Positions 44,301-53,465 of a stretch of 64,000 bases of DNA are shown here, one piece after another. A model generated the notes under the pieces. That model did not search any database. It was not told the origin of the DNA and was given only the letters and a program-made list of their open reading frames with translations. Source of the DNA: Nannocystis bainbridge. Lineage in GTDB: Bacteria > Myxococcota_A > Polyangia > Nannocystales > Nannocystaceae. The position numbers and the translations under genes are program-made. The stretch's first letter is position 1, and every line of letters starts with the position of its first letter. The DNA lies in NCBI RefSeq assembly GCF_028368995.1, contig NZ_JAQNDL010000003.1, positions 1,952,001-2,016,000 on the forward strand, given 5' to 3'.

Positions 44301-44777
44301 ATGGACGCCATTTGCAGCCTGTTTCTCTCGCCCTTCACGCCCGCACCTGGCCTGTCCGTGGTCACGACACGGGACTGGGGAGGTACGGAGGTGCTGATCG
44401 AGCCTCCCGAGTACATATGGGGCGGATTCAAGATGTATCCCGATGTGCTCCCCCAGCACTTACTTCGGAAGTTGCCCTGGATCTCGCAAACCCCTGGCGT
44501 GTGCCTCTCGATCCCACACGAATGGCTGCGCCAATTTCAATCGAGTCTGATCAACCCTGAAGCCACCTACGAACACGACCTCGCGGCGTTCCTCCGTCTG
44601 CAATGCAACTCGGAGAGTGCATGGGCCATCGTGTTCCTCGCCCATGCCGAGGATTACGACGGGATTTTTGAAGAAACCATCGATAGCGCCATCGAGCGAC
44701 TGACGCAGAGCGTTTCTTTGGACGGCGGCCTGATCGGCTTCGTGAGCCACCATCGAAACTCGACCCAAGGACGCTGA
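44301..44777 (+). CDS. hypothetical protein, possible immunity protein
   Basis: 158-aa acidic/aromatic ORF, lower GC, AAGGAAG upstream, next to Imm53. Confidence 0.55.
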   Translation: MDAICSLFLSPFTPAPGLSVVTTRDWGGTEVLIEPPEYIWGGFKMYPDVLPQHLLRKLPWISQTPGVCLSIPHEWLRQFQSSLINPEATYEHDLAAFLRLQCNSESAWAIVFLAHAEDYDGIFEETIDSAIERLTQSVSLDGGLIGFVSHHRNSTQGR

Positions 44778-44858
44778 CCGAAGCCCCCGCAAACCCTGAA
44801 CGAGCAGGGCAAGGCGAGCCCGCGCAGGCCCAAGCCTGCGCAGGCTCCGAGCGCACCC

Positions 44859-45743
44859 CTACTCGCACACCTTGCGCAGCGCGTCCGCGAAGTATCCCCA
44901 GCCCTGCTGGTAATCGCTGCGGTCCACGGGCGCCGCGAAGCCGTCGTGCACGATGGTCACCCGGGTCCCCGCACCGCCGTCGAGCGGCTCGAGCAGCCAC
45001 GTCACCCGCGTCATCGGCTGACTGGGCTCACCGCGCCAATCGGGCCAGTCGGTGACGAGCTTCTCGTTGTCGACGCGCTCGAGGATCCGGGTCGGCCCGC
45101 CGGCGACGCTGCGGCCCTCGATGTCGTAGCGCCAGCCGTACGAGTATTCGCCGCTGGCGAGGTCGACGCGGGCGGCGCCGCCGAGCCAGCGGTTCATCAG
45201 CTCCGGGTCGAGCAGGGCCCGGAACACCTTGGCCGGCGGCGCCTTGATCTCGACCGACACGCGGACCTCGGGCTGTGCGCTGGTGAAGTCGGCCAGGACC
45301 ACACCTGTCCCGCCGGACAGGTGGTCCATGAGGTTGCCGGCGTGCAGGCGCCACAGGTCGTCGATGACGTGGCGCGGGCGGTCGTAAGGCAGCGCCCCGT
45401 GCACGGCGTGGGTGACCTCGAGGCGGCAGGTCGCCGGCGTTTCACCGGCGACGAGGCGCCAGCGGACCTCGGTGTCGACGCCGTGGATCTGCCACGTAAA
45501 GGCGAGCGCCACGTCGGGCTCGAATGCGGTGACGCGGCCGGTGGCCTCGCTCTCGCCCGGGGAACCGAGAGTGGCGCGACCGTAAAAGGCGAAGCTCCCG
45601 CCGACGCGCGGCTCGACGCGGGCGTGCGCGGCGAACCAGCGCTCCAGCTCGGCCGGGTCGATCAGCGCGCGGAAGGCTCGCTCCGGAGGGGCCGCCAGCG
45701 TGAAGCCGGCGTGGTGTTCGAACACGGGGGGTGTGGCTGTCAT
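44859..45743 (-). CDS. tandem SRPBCC/AHSA1-domain protein
   Basis: Two repeats of APPxxVFRALxDPxxxxRW...TRVTxxHxG...GW. Confidence 0.88.
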   Translation of the reverse strand: MTATPPVFEHHAGFTLAAPPERAFRALIDPAELERWFAAHARVEPRVGGSFAFYGRATLGSPGESEATGRVTAFEPDVALAFTWQIHGVDTEVRWRLVAGETPATCRLEVTHAVHGALPYDRPRHVIDDLWRLHAGNLMDHLSGGTGVVLADFTSAQPEVRVSVEIKAPPAKVFRALLDPELMNRWLGGAARVDLASGEYSYGWRYDIEGRSVAGGPTRILERVDNEKLVTDWPDWRGEPSQPMTRVTWLLEPLDGGAGTRVTIVHDGFAAPVDRSDYQQGWGYFADALRKVCE

Positions 45744-46147
45744 TTCGCGCTCCTTTTGCGGGTCTTCGCCGGCGTGCGTGCCGGCGCGGGGGGTTCGTCG
45801 TCGTCCGGCAGGGACTCGACGAAGGATTTGAGGTCGTGCAGGCGCGCCGCCCAGAACACCCGGTAGGTCTCGAGCCAGGCCGTCGCCGTCGCCAGCCGCT
45901 CGGGCTGCAGCGCGTAGACCCGCTCGCGCCCGCGCCGGCGCTCGACCACCAGGGCCGCCTCACGCAAGATCCGGAGGTGCCGCGACACCGCCGGCCGCGT
46001 CACCGCGAAGCCCCGCGCCAGCGCCCCTGCCGTCTCCTCGGCGCCCCGCAGCTGCTCGAGCAGCCCCCGCCGCGTGCCGTCGGAGAGGGCGAAGAACACG
46101 GCGTCGAGGGTGGCGGCGTCGGGCGCGGGGGTCGTCGTGCCGAGCAT
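45740..46147 (-). CDS. ArsR/SmtB-family transcriptional regulator
   Basis: VFFALSDGTRRGLL, VSRHLRILREAALV, RGRERVY; classic ArsR-SRPBCC pair. Confidence 0.9.
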   Translation of the reverse strand: MLGTTTPAPDAATLDAVFFALSDGTRRGLLEQLRGAEETAGALARGFAVTRPAVSRHLRILREAALVVERRRGRERVYALQPERLATATAWLETYRVFWAARLHDLKSFVESLPDDDEPPAPARTPAKTRKRSAK

Positions 46148-46148
46148 G

Positions 46149-46187
46149 TGTAACGGAGTAGTTACAGGTTAAATTTACACGCGTCAA
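46149..46187 (-). promoter_or_regulatory. sigma70-like promoter overlapping a TGTAAC-N6-GTTACA operator
   Basis: Minus strand TTGACG-17 bp-TAACTA; perfect inverted repeat at 46149-46166 directly before the ArsR ATG. Confidence 0.65.
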
Positions 46188-46779
46188 GGGTTGGTTACGC
46201 GTCGCGGTCGCCCCCCGGGCGATGGCGCCGCGGCGCCAGCTCGGTGCGAACTCTCGGGGCCGGATCCCGATCGTACGACTGGCGCTCGGGGTCGAGGACT
46301 GCGCTCGCTCCTTCGCGCCGCCCGCCTCGAGGTTGCCGCATTCGGGCGCCCTCGCCGGGCTGTCCGAGATCTCTCCCGTGAGCGCGCCGGTCGCCAGGCG
46401 ACCCCGCCGAGCCGCTGCCGATCCACGCCGCTTCACGAATGACGTTAATCGAGCACGCGTGAATCATGCAACATCGATAACGTGCGAGACCGCGCGAAAC
46501 CGGCGATCTGATCATCGTTTAGGCCGACCGCCTCATCCGCCATTATCGCGGCGCGAAGGTCGTTTACGCAGTCATCTTTGGCGATATCGCTCTCCACGCA
46601 TTCTCTTCAGCCGCTCGCAGCATATGCGCGGCTCTTTAAAAACCCCCACGACGATTCGCCTTCGCGTATGGTGCGGCCCGCGAGCTCGACCACCGCGATC
46701 ACCACGGCCTCGCCGTGCGTGGGCGGCGAGCTCGTGCCCGATCGATCGTCACGACCACCACGCGCCCGAGGAGTTTGCC

Positions 46780-48483
46780 ATGAAGACCGCGAAGACCAGC
46801 CAATGGACCACCTTTCAGACCCCCGCTTGCCAGGCCGACTTTACCGACAGCGCGCTGCAGGGGCGCATGAACCAGCTGTGGAACACCAATTTGAGCGGCT
46901 TCACGCGCCAGGGCATCACCGGCAACCCGTGGACCGCCACCAATTCCAGCGATCAGACCTGGTACTTCGACCCGACCACGACCAACATCAGCGAGGGGGT
47001 CTACGCGCGGATCACCTGGTCGCCGGTGCCGGGGCGGATCAAATACTACTTCCCGAACACCTCCAATGCCAACATGTGGTCGCTGGCCGACACCGGCTAT
47101 GACACCAACGGCGCGACCTTCGGCCAGATCCCCGCCGACCCGTGCGACCCGTCGGACACCACCAAGACGCCGTACGGCCCCTACGGCCCGCGCGGCTGGC
47201 AGGACGAGTATTGCGAGTGGAGCATCACTCGCAACGCGCAGGGCCAGATCGTCCGCATCGACTTCACCTGCGAGAACCCCGAGTACTGGAACACGCTGTG
47301 GATGGTGAGCCCGCAGCGGGTCGTCGAGCTGTACCGCAGCACCCTCGACAAGCCGCAGATCGCGCTCGAGGACCTTTACCTGCGCGACGCCGCCGGCAAC
47401 CCCGTGATCGACGCCTCGACCGGCCGGCCCGCCTACAACCCGCTCAACAAGTGGAACAGCGGCACCGCCTCGACCTCCAGCGCCGGCGGCGCGATGCACC
47501 TCACCAGCACGCCCAACACCTTGCAGACCGAGATCGGCCTCGGCTCGACCGCCACCACCCCGCGCACCAGCGGCAACGCCAACCCGAACACCCTGATCTG
47601 CTGCGCCCAGTACGGCCAGATCGGCCGCAACTCCGACCCGCACATCGGCCAGAGCGTCAACCTCGTCGTCACCCCGCCGAACCCGGCGATCTCGCCCGCC
47701 AAGGCCACTCTCGCCAATCCGCCCGGCCTCTACATCCAGACCCCGAGCTTCAACCGGATCACCGCGCCTCGCGGCATCGACCCCAGCACCTTCTGGACCA
47801 TCAAGCGCGGGCAAAATACCCTCACCGACGGGTCCGGCAACTCGATGCCGGGCAACTTCATCCTCCACGCCGTGTTCGAGGTCCCCGCCGCGCTCGGCTT
47901 CACGATCAGCGACCTCCAGGTCGACGGCGTCCCGGTCCAGTGGGCCGCCCAGATCGCCCAGACCTTCAACATGCAGATCGCCGCCATGGCCCTGCCGCAG
48001 AGCCCTGGCCCCGTCGCCCAGGCGTGCGCCGGCAGCCCCGCCGTCGCCCAGGCCCAGGCGCTGCAGCTCTTCAACACCCCCGTCTTCGACGCCATGATCG
48101 CGACCCCGATCACCAACCCCGTCGGCCAGGCGATGAACCTCGCCAGCAACAGCACCATGATCGCGCCGCACATCGAGCCCGGCGCGGTGCGGCGGCCCCT
48201 GACGCTGGTCCTCACCGGCCTGCTCGACCCGCCGCAGCTCCCCACCGTCTCGTTCGGCCCCGGGGTCAGCGTCGTCGCCGGCGCCATGCAGCCGGTCCGC
48301 TACGCCATCCCCGGCAACACCTACCCGTCGGACAGCTGGGCCCTGTCGCTGCTCGTCAACGTCGACGCCAGCGCCGCTCCCGGCCTGCGCGACGCCCTCG
48401 TCAACAACCCGGGCCAGACCGCGACCATCCCCACGCCCGCGCTGCTCAACATCGTCGACCCTGTCACCAAGGACATGGCTTGA
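46780..48483 (+). CDS. hypothetical protein (GWQDEYCEW motif) with C-terminal Ig-like domain
   Basis: GAGGAG RBS, MKTAKTSQW start, strong codon bias; PRGWQDEYCEW, FTCENPEYW, RNSDPHIG. Confidence 0.8.
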   Translation: MKTAKTSQWTTFQTPACQADFTDSALQGRMNQLWNTNLSGFTRQGITGNPWTATNSSDQTWYFDPTTTNISEGVYARITWSPVPGRIKYYFPNTSNANMWSLADTGYDTNGATFGQIPADPCDPSDTTKTPYGPYGPRGWQDEYCEWSITRNAQGQIVRIDFTCENPEYWNTLWMVSPQRVVELYRSTLDKPQIALEDLYLRDAAGNPVIDASTGRPAYNPLNKWNSGTASTSSAGGAMHLTSTPNTLQTEIGLGSTATTPRTSGNANPNTLICCAQYGQIGRNSDPHIGQSVNLVVTPPNPAISPAKATLANPPGLYIQTPSFNRITAPRGIDPSTFWTIKRGQNTLTDGSGNSMPGNFILHAVFEVPAALGFTISDLQVDGVPVQWAAQIAQTFNMQIAAMALPQSPGPVAQACAGSPAVAQAQALQLFNTPVFDAMIATPITNPVGQAMNLASNSTMIAPHIEPGAVRRPLTLVLTGLLDPPQLPTVSFGPGVSVVAGAMQPVRYAIPGNTYPSDSWALSLLVNVDASAAPGLRDALVNNPGQTATIPTPALLNIVDPVTKDMA

Positions 48484-48488
48484 AGACC

Positions 48489-50069
48489 ATGTCTTCAAGA
48501 CCCTATCTACTCGCCCTGCTCGGCCCGCTCGCTTGCGGCGCCGGGCAGGAGCCCGTCGAACCAGCCGCCACACCGCGCCAGCCGCCGCCCGCGGCCAAGC
48601 AGGCCGACGCCAAGCCAGCCGACGCCAAACCACTCGACGCCAAGACGCCCGACGCCCAGTCGACCGCCGCCGCCGCGAGCGCCTATCAGTGCGCCGTCCC
48701 GCTGCAGCTGAACGGCACCGTCCCGCCGGACATCTACCCCCACAACGACGACCGCGACGCCAACTGCTTCGGCTGGCAGGAGTTCATCGCCCTCAACTGG
48801 CCGACCACGGCCGGCGCCGGCTTCGGCGATCCGGGCGACACTGGCGCGGTCGCCTGGCAGGGCTACATGAGCAGCCAACAGCTGTTCCAGCCCGACGGCA
48901 GCCCGCCGCCGCCGTGGGGCACCCCGCCGACGATCAGCCCCGACTGCCTGGCCGAGGCGGGCCTCACCGCCGCCGCCGCGCGCGGCACCATCCCGCTGAA
49001 CCTCTCGACCAAATTCTCGAGCGAGTTCGAGTCCGGCGACGGTCAGCAGGCGGCCCCGCGCAACGCCCCCGCGTGGCTCGGCGACGTGCGCGGCAACAAC
49101 GTCTGGTACGAGGTCCGCGTCGCCGAGGACGAATACGACACGATCGTCCAGAATCAATACTACAACCGCGAGGGCCAGGCCGCCTATTATCAGAAGAACC
49201 CGGGCACCGCCCTGGCCCTGCCGATGGGCGCCTTCCAGCCCTCGTCCGTCGGCGCGCTCGAGCTCAAGGCCGCCTGGATGGAGGTCCCGAACCCGAGCGA
49301 CGCCCAGTGGAACCGCTACAAGCTGTCCCAGGCGGTCGTCGTCGACCCGGCCACCCAGAAGTGTCAGGCGCTGACCGTCGCGCTGGTCGGCCTGCACATC
49401 ATTCACAAGACCCAGGCCCAGCCGACCTGGGTGTGGGCCACCTTCGAGCACGTCGACAACGCCCCCGACGCCGCCGACGTCGCCGGCGCCGCCAGCAAGT
49501 CGTGGAACTTCTACGACAAGAGCTGCCAGCCGCGCACCGTCCAGGTCCCGACCGCCTGTCAATACAAGGGCCAGGCCACCGTCACCGTCGGCTGCGACGC
49601 CAACCAACCACCGCTGTACTGGATCGGCGACGGCTGCCCGGCGCCGACCCCGATCCAGGTGACCCGCCTGGCCGCGATCGACAGCGACGCCCAGACCGTC
49701 AACCAGACCGCGTGGACGACCATTCGCGCAACCTACCCCGATTCGGTGTGGCTCAACTACCAGGTCGTCGCCGTGCAGTGGAGCACCAACCCGCCGCAGC
49801 AGTCGGGCCAGCCGGCCAGCGTGCCGCAGATCTTCAACAGCCCGTCGCCCGACTCGAACCTCGCAAACACCGTGCTCGAGACCTACGATCAGCGCAGCAA
49901 GTGCATCGACTGCCATCAATACGCCACCATCTCGGGCAGCACCAGCTTGCCGTCGGACTTCAGCTTCGCGCTGCAGGACGCGCGGCCCGTCACCGCCGGC
50001 AAGCCCAAGCCGCTCAAGACGGCCGCCGTGCAGGCCGGCTATCGGCCCACCCGCCGCATCATCGAGTGA
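48489..50069 (+). CDS. lipoprotein, putative c-type cytochrome
   Basis: Lipobox PLAC; WQEFIALNWP, ELKAAW, LVGLHIIHKT, WATFEHVDN, LANTVLETY; CIDCH heme motif. Confidence 0.78.
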   Translation: MSSRPYLLALLGPLACGAGQEPVEPAATPRQPPPAAKQADAKPADAKPLDAKTPDAQSTAAAASAYQCAVPLQLNGTVPPDIYPHNDDRDANCFGWQEFIALNWPTTAGAGFGDPGDTGAVAWQGYMSSQQLFQPDGSPPPPWGTPPTISPDCLAEAGLTAAAARGTIPLNLSTKFSSEFESGDGQQAAPRNAPAWLGDVRGNNVWYEVRVAEDEYDTIVQNQYYNREGQAAYYQKNPGTALALPMGAFQPSSVGALELKAAWMEVPNPSDAQWNRYKLSQAVVVDPATQKCQALTVALVGLHIIHKTQAQPTWVWATFEHVDNAPDAADVAGAASKSWNFYDKSCQPRTVQVPTACQYKGQATVTVGCDANQPPLYWIGDGCPAPTPIQVTRLAAIDSDAQTVNQTAWTTIRATYPDSVWLNYQVVAVQWSTNPPQQSGQPASVPQIFNSPSPDSNLANTVLETYDQRSKCIDCHQYATISGSTSLPSDFSFALQDARPVTAGKPKPLKTAAVQAGYRPTRRIIE

Positions 50070-50236
50070 GCCATCCCGCGCTGGCGGACTCGACCGTGGC
50101 GAACCAGGAATGACGCGATCCGGGCCCGCGCGGGTCCGGATCGCGCTCGCGGTCGTCGACGCCAGTGCCCGTTCGCACGGCGTGGGCGCCTCGAAGCCCG
50201 ACCGCGGCCCGCCCGCCCGAGATACCCTCCGGGCGC

Positions 50237-51250
50237 ATGCCGTTTCGCAGCCTCGATGGTGACTCTGGCTTCGTGGTGCCCGCCGACCCGCTGGCGCGCT
50301 TCGACGAGCTGTTGACGGCGCTCGACGCCGGCCGCGGGTGGATGCAGGACAAGGCGGCGATCCGCCTGGCGGCGATCACCCTGCTCGTGACCTCGGGCGA
50401 CGCCGGGAGGCTCGCCGCTTCCACCCGCACGGCCAGCGCGGTGCTCGGCGAGCGGCTCGGTTGGGCCTCCGGGGTCGACGAGTCGGTCCGGCTGGTGATC
50501 GCGGCCCAGCTGGTCAAGGCCGACGAATCCCCCGACGAGTTCGTCGACGATCTCGAGCGCGTGCGCGGGATGTTCCGCGCCGACGGGCTGCGCCGCGGCG
50601 GCGTCTACGAGGTCCTCGCGGTGCTGATCTTGCGCCGCCTGTTCGGCACGATCGAGCCGGCGCACGTCGAGCGCTTGCACGCCATCTACGACGCGATGAA
50701 GGCCCACCACTGGTGGCTGACCGGACCCGACGATTTCCCCGCCTGTGCCATGCTGGTCGCCCGCCCGGGGGAGCCCGCGGCGATCGGCGCCGGCACCGAC
50801 GCGATCTACGCGGCCCTCCATCAGCAGGCCGGCCTGTCGCGCGGCGACCCGCTGCAGACCGCGGCCAACATCCTGTACCTCGCCGGCGTCGAGGCGCCGC
50901 TGATCGTCGAGCGCTTCAGCGGGCTGCTCGCGGCGTTCCGCGCCGCCGGGGCGAAGATCAAGACGGGCGAATACGACGAGGTCGCGATCCTCAGCTTCGT
51001 CGCCCAGCCGGCCGCCAACATCGTCGCCACGGTCCGGGAGCTCCAGGCCGGCCTGCGCGCCCGCCTCAAGTGGCTGAGCGAGGGCGACGCCCTCAGCCTC
51101 GGCGCCGGCCTGGCGTTCGTCCGCCTCGTCGGCGCCTCGGGCGAGCTCGGCGCGCTGGCCGACGCCAAGTTGCTGCTCGACATGCAGACGCTGGTCACGG
51201 CCCGCCAGGCCGCCTCGACCGCAGCGTTGAGCGCCTCCACCGTCAACTGA
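50237..51250 (+). CDS. DUF4003-like protein
   Basis: IYDAMKAHHWWLTGPDDFPACAML resembles the DUF4003 core. Confidence 0.65.
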   Translation: MPFRSLDGDSGFVVPADPLARFDELLTALDAGRGWMQDKAAIRLAAITLLVTSGDAGRLAASTRTASAVLGERLGWASGVDESVRLVIAAQLVKADESPDEFVDDLERVRGMFRADGLRRGGVYEVLAVLILRRLFGTIEPAHVERLHAIYDAMKAHHWWLTGPDDFPACAMLVARPGEPAAIGAGTDAIYAALHQQAGLSRGDPLQTAANILYLAGVEAPLIVERFSGLLAAFRAAGAKIKTGEYDEVAILSFVAQPAANIVATVRELQAGLRARLKWLSEGDALSLGAGLAFVRLVGASGELGALADAKLLLDMQTLVTARQAASTAALSASTVN

Positions 51251-51266
51251 GACGCGCGAGCTCCCC

Positions 51267-51569
51267 ATGTCCCCACGCCTTCGCCGGTCGCTGCTCGCCG
51301 CTGCCGGCACGTTCGCCGGCTTCACGCTCGCGTGGATCGCCGTCGGCCTCGGCAACAGCGGCGACGCCTTCCCGCAGGGCGCCGCGCGCCAGCTGCTGCC
51401 GCTCTTGCTGGTCGGCCCGGGCCTCGGAGCGTTCGCCGGGCTCCGCGCGAGCTCCCGCCTCGCCGTGATCACCCTCCTCGCGCTCACCCTGCTCTCGGCC
51501 TCGTTCTGGCTGCTCGTGCCCGACGGCTGGTGGGCGGTCGGCGCCCCGCCCATGCCAGGCCCGCGCTGA
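51267..51569 (+). CDS. small membrane protein
   Basis: Three hydrophobic segments; follows the previous gene closely. Confidence 0.6.
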   Translation: MSPRLRRSLLAAAGTFAGFTLAWIAVGLGNSGDAFPQGAARQLLPLLLVGPGLGAFAGLRASSRLAVITLLALTLLSASFWLLVPDGWWAVGAPPMPGPR

Positions 51570-51595
51570 CCGCAAATCCGCAGGCCCGTCGACAC

Positions 51596-51708
51596 ATGTC
51601 TTTGAAGACATGTGCCATGATTCCTCGCTAGTCGCCGCGCGGCGCCGTCCCGGGCGCGCTCCGCATGCCCCCAAGGACATGCCCGAATCGACATGTCCCA
51701 TGAGACAC
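51596..51708. repeat. single plus three-unit array of the TGYC-N6-GACA palindrome
   Basis: atgtc tttgaa gacat; atgcc cccaag gac atgcc cgaatc gac atgtc ccatga gacac. Confidence 0.8.
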
Positions 51709-52030
51709 CATCACCCCCGCGAGCCCTGCCTGGGCCCGCTCGCTCGCCCCTCCCTGCGATCTCCCCCGGGCGCCGCGGGCCGGTCGCCCTGAAACGTGAT
51801 CGATGCCCCCCGGCGCCGGCTCGCGCCGCCTCCGCCCGGCTCGCGCCTCGCCGGGCCAATCACCGGTGCACCGCCGAAGCACCGCCGCGCCCGCGACGCC
51901 GGCCCTGCGCACGCGCCCCCCGCATCGCCCCTCCGTGCCTGCTGCCGCCTCACCGTGACGGGAGGCCAGGCGGCAGCGCGAGGCTCGCCTCGACGGGCCA
52001 GGCCGCTCCTGGCATAGTCCCCGGCGCGTC

Positions 52031-53140
52031 ATGGCTCCTCCTTTCGATCTCCTCGTTCGCGGCGGGACATGCGCGCTCCACGGTCACATCACCGTCTGCG
52101 ACCTCGGGATCACCGGCGGGCGGATCGCCGCGGTCGGCGACCTCGCCGGCGCCGAGGCCGAGCGCGAGCTCGACGCCCGCCACCTCCACGTCCTGCCCGG
52201 CGTGCTCGACACCGGCGGTTACCTGCGTGACGAGGGCGGCAGCGCTCAGCTCCTCGCCGGCGTCACCGCCGTGTTCGACGCCCACCCGCACCCCACCACC
52301 GCTGCTGGCCTCGAGGACAAGCTCTCGCGCGCGCGCGGCCGCGCCCACTGCGACTACGCCTTCTTCATCGCCGCCGCCACCGACCACGTCGACGACCTCG
52401 ACCGGCTCGAGCGGCTGCCTGGCTGCAGCGGCGTCGTCCTCTCGCTCGGCAGCGACGACGAGCCGCTGCACCGGGCCCTGTTCTGCGGCCAGCGGCGCGT
52501 CACCGTCTCGTGCGAGCCTGACCCGCACCCCGAGCCCGTGGCCGCCGGCGCTGCCGTCGACCTCTACCGCGACGAGGGCGACGCCACGCGCGCGCTCCAG
52601 CGCTTCCTCAACATGGCCAAACGGGCGGGTCGGCGCGTCCACGCCTCCAACGTCGACGGCCCCGAGGCCCTGGCCCTGCTGACCCAGCACCGCGACCTCG
52701 CCACCCTCGGCTCCGCCGCCGCCGACCTCGGGCCGGCCTCTCCGGGCGCCGACGCGCTGTGGCGGGCCGTCGCCGGCGGCCTCGTCGACGCGCTCGGCTC
52801 CGGCCCCGAGGGCGCCCAGCTCGGCCCGCTCCTGCCGACCATGCTCGCCCACCTCCACGCCGGTCGGCTCGGCCTCCCGCAGCTGGTCGAGCTGCTGTCC
52901 TCCGGGCCGGCGCGGATCTACAACGTCGCTCGCAAGGGCCGGCTCGCCCTCGGTTACGACGCCGACCTCGTGCTCGTCGACCTCGACGCCGAGCACACCC
53001 ACGCCGGCGTGCGCTACCACGGCTGGCCGGTCGCCACCGTGCTGCGCGGCGAGCTCGTCGCCCGCGACGGCCGCCTCGTCGCCGGCCCGAGCGGCGTCCC
53101 CGTGCGCTTCTCCGACACCCTGCGCATGGTCGTCCTCTGA
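52031..53140 (+). CDS. dihydroorotase-like amidohydrolase homolog, predicted inactive
   Basis: FDLLVRGG, GRIAAVG, LPGVLD, GVTAVF, HCDYAF, LERLPG, KGRLALGYDADLVLVD, GWPVATVLRG; metal ligands absent. Confidence 0.8.
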   Translation: MAPPFDLLVRGGTCALHGHITVCDLGITGGRIAAVGDLAGAEAERELDARHLHVLPGVLDTGGYLRDEGGSAQLLAGVTAVFDAHPHPTTAAGLEDKLSRARGRAHCDYAFFIAAATDHVDDLDRLERLPGCSGVVLSLGSDDEPLHRALFCGQRRVTVSCEPDPHPEPVAAGAAVDLYRDEGDATRALQRFLNMAKRAGRRVHASNVDGPEALALLTQHRDLATLGSAAADLGPASPGADALWRAVAGGLVDALGSGPEGAQLGPLLPTMLAHLHAGRLGLPQLVELLSSGPARIYNVARKGRLALGYDADLVLVDLDAEHTHAGVRYHGWPVATVLRGELVARDGRLVAGPSGVPVRFSDTLRMVVL

Positions 53141-53141
53141 G

Positions 53142-53358
53142 CTGTCCCGAGGGACAGCTTGCCGCGTCGCCCCGCCTCGCGCGCCCCGGCCCGACCGCGA
53201 CATGTCCCGAAAGACAGCCTGCCCCGCAGCCCCCGCGCGGCGGCGCGCCGGGCCCGTCGGCCGGGCCCACGCGCGCCGCCGCTCACCGCCGGGATTGGCG
53301 CGACATGTCCCGAAGTACAGGTCATGCCGATCGTCGGCCGGCCTGTCTGCAAAGACAG
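53142..53358. repeat. four spaced TGTC-N6-GACA palindromes
   Basis: Copies at 53142, 53202, 53305 (TACA variant) and 53343. Confidence 0.78.
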
Positions 53359-53465
53359 CATCGGTAAAACCTCCCGAGGACGTCGCCACGCGCACGCTCC
53401 GCGAGGGCCGGGCCGCGCGCCCGCGAGCCCGCGGGTGCGAGGGTTTGCTGTAGAGTCCGACCGAT

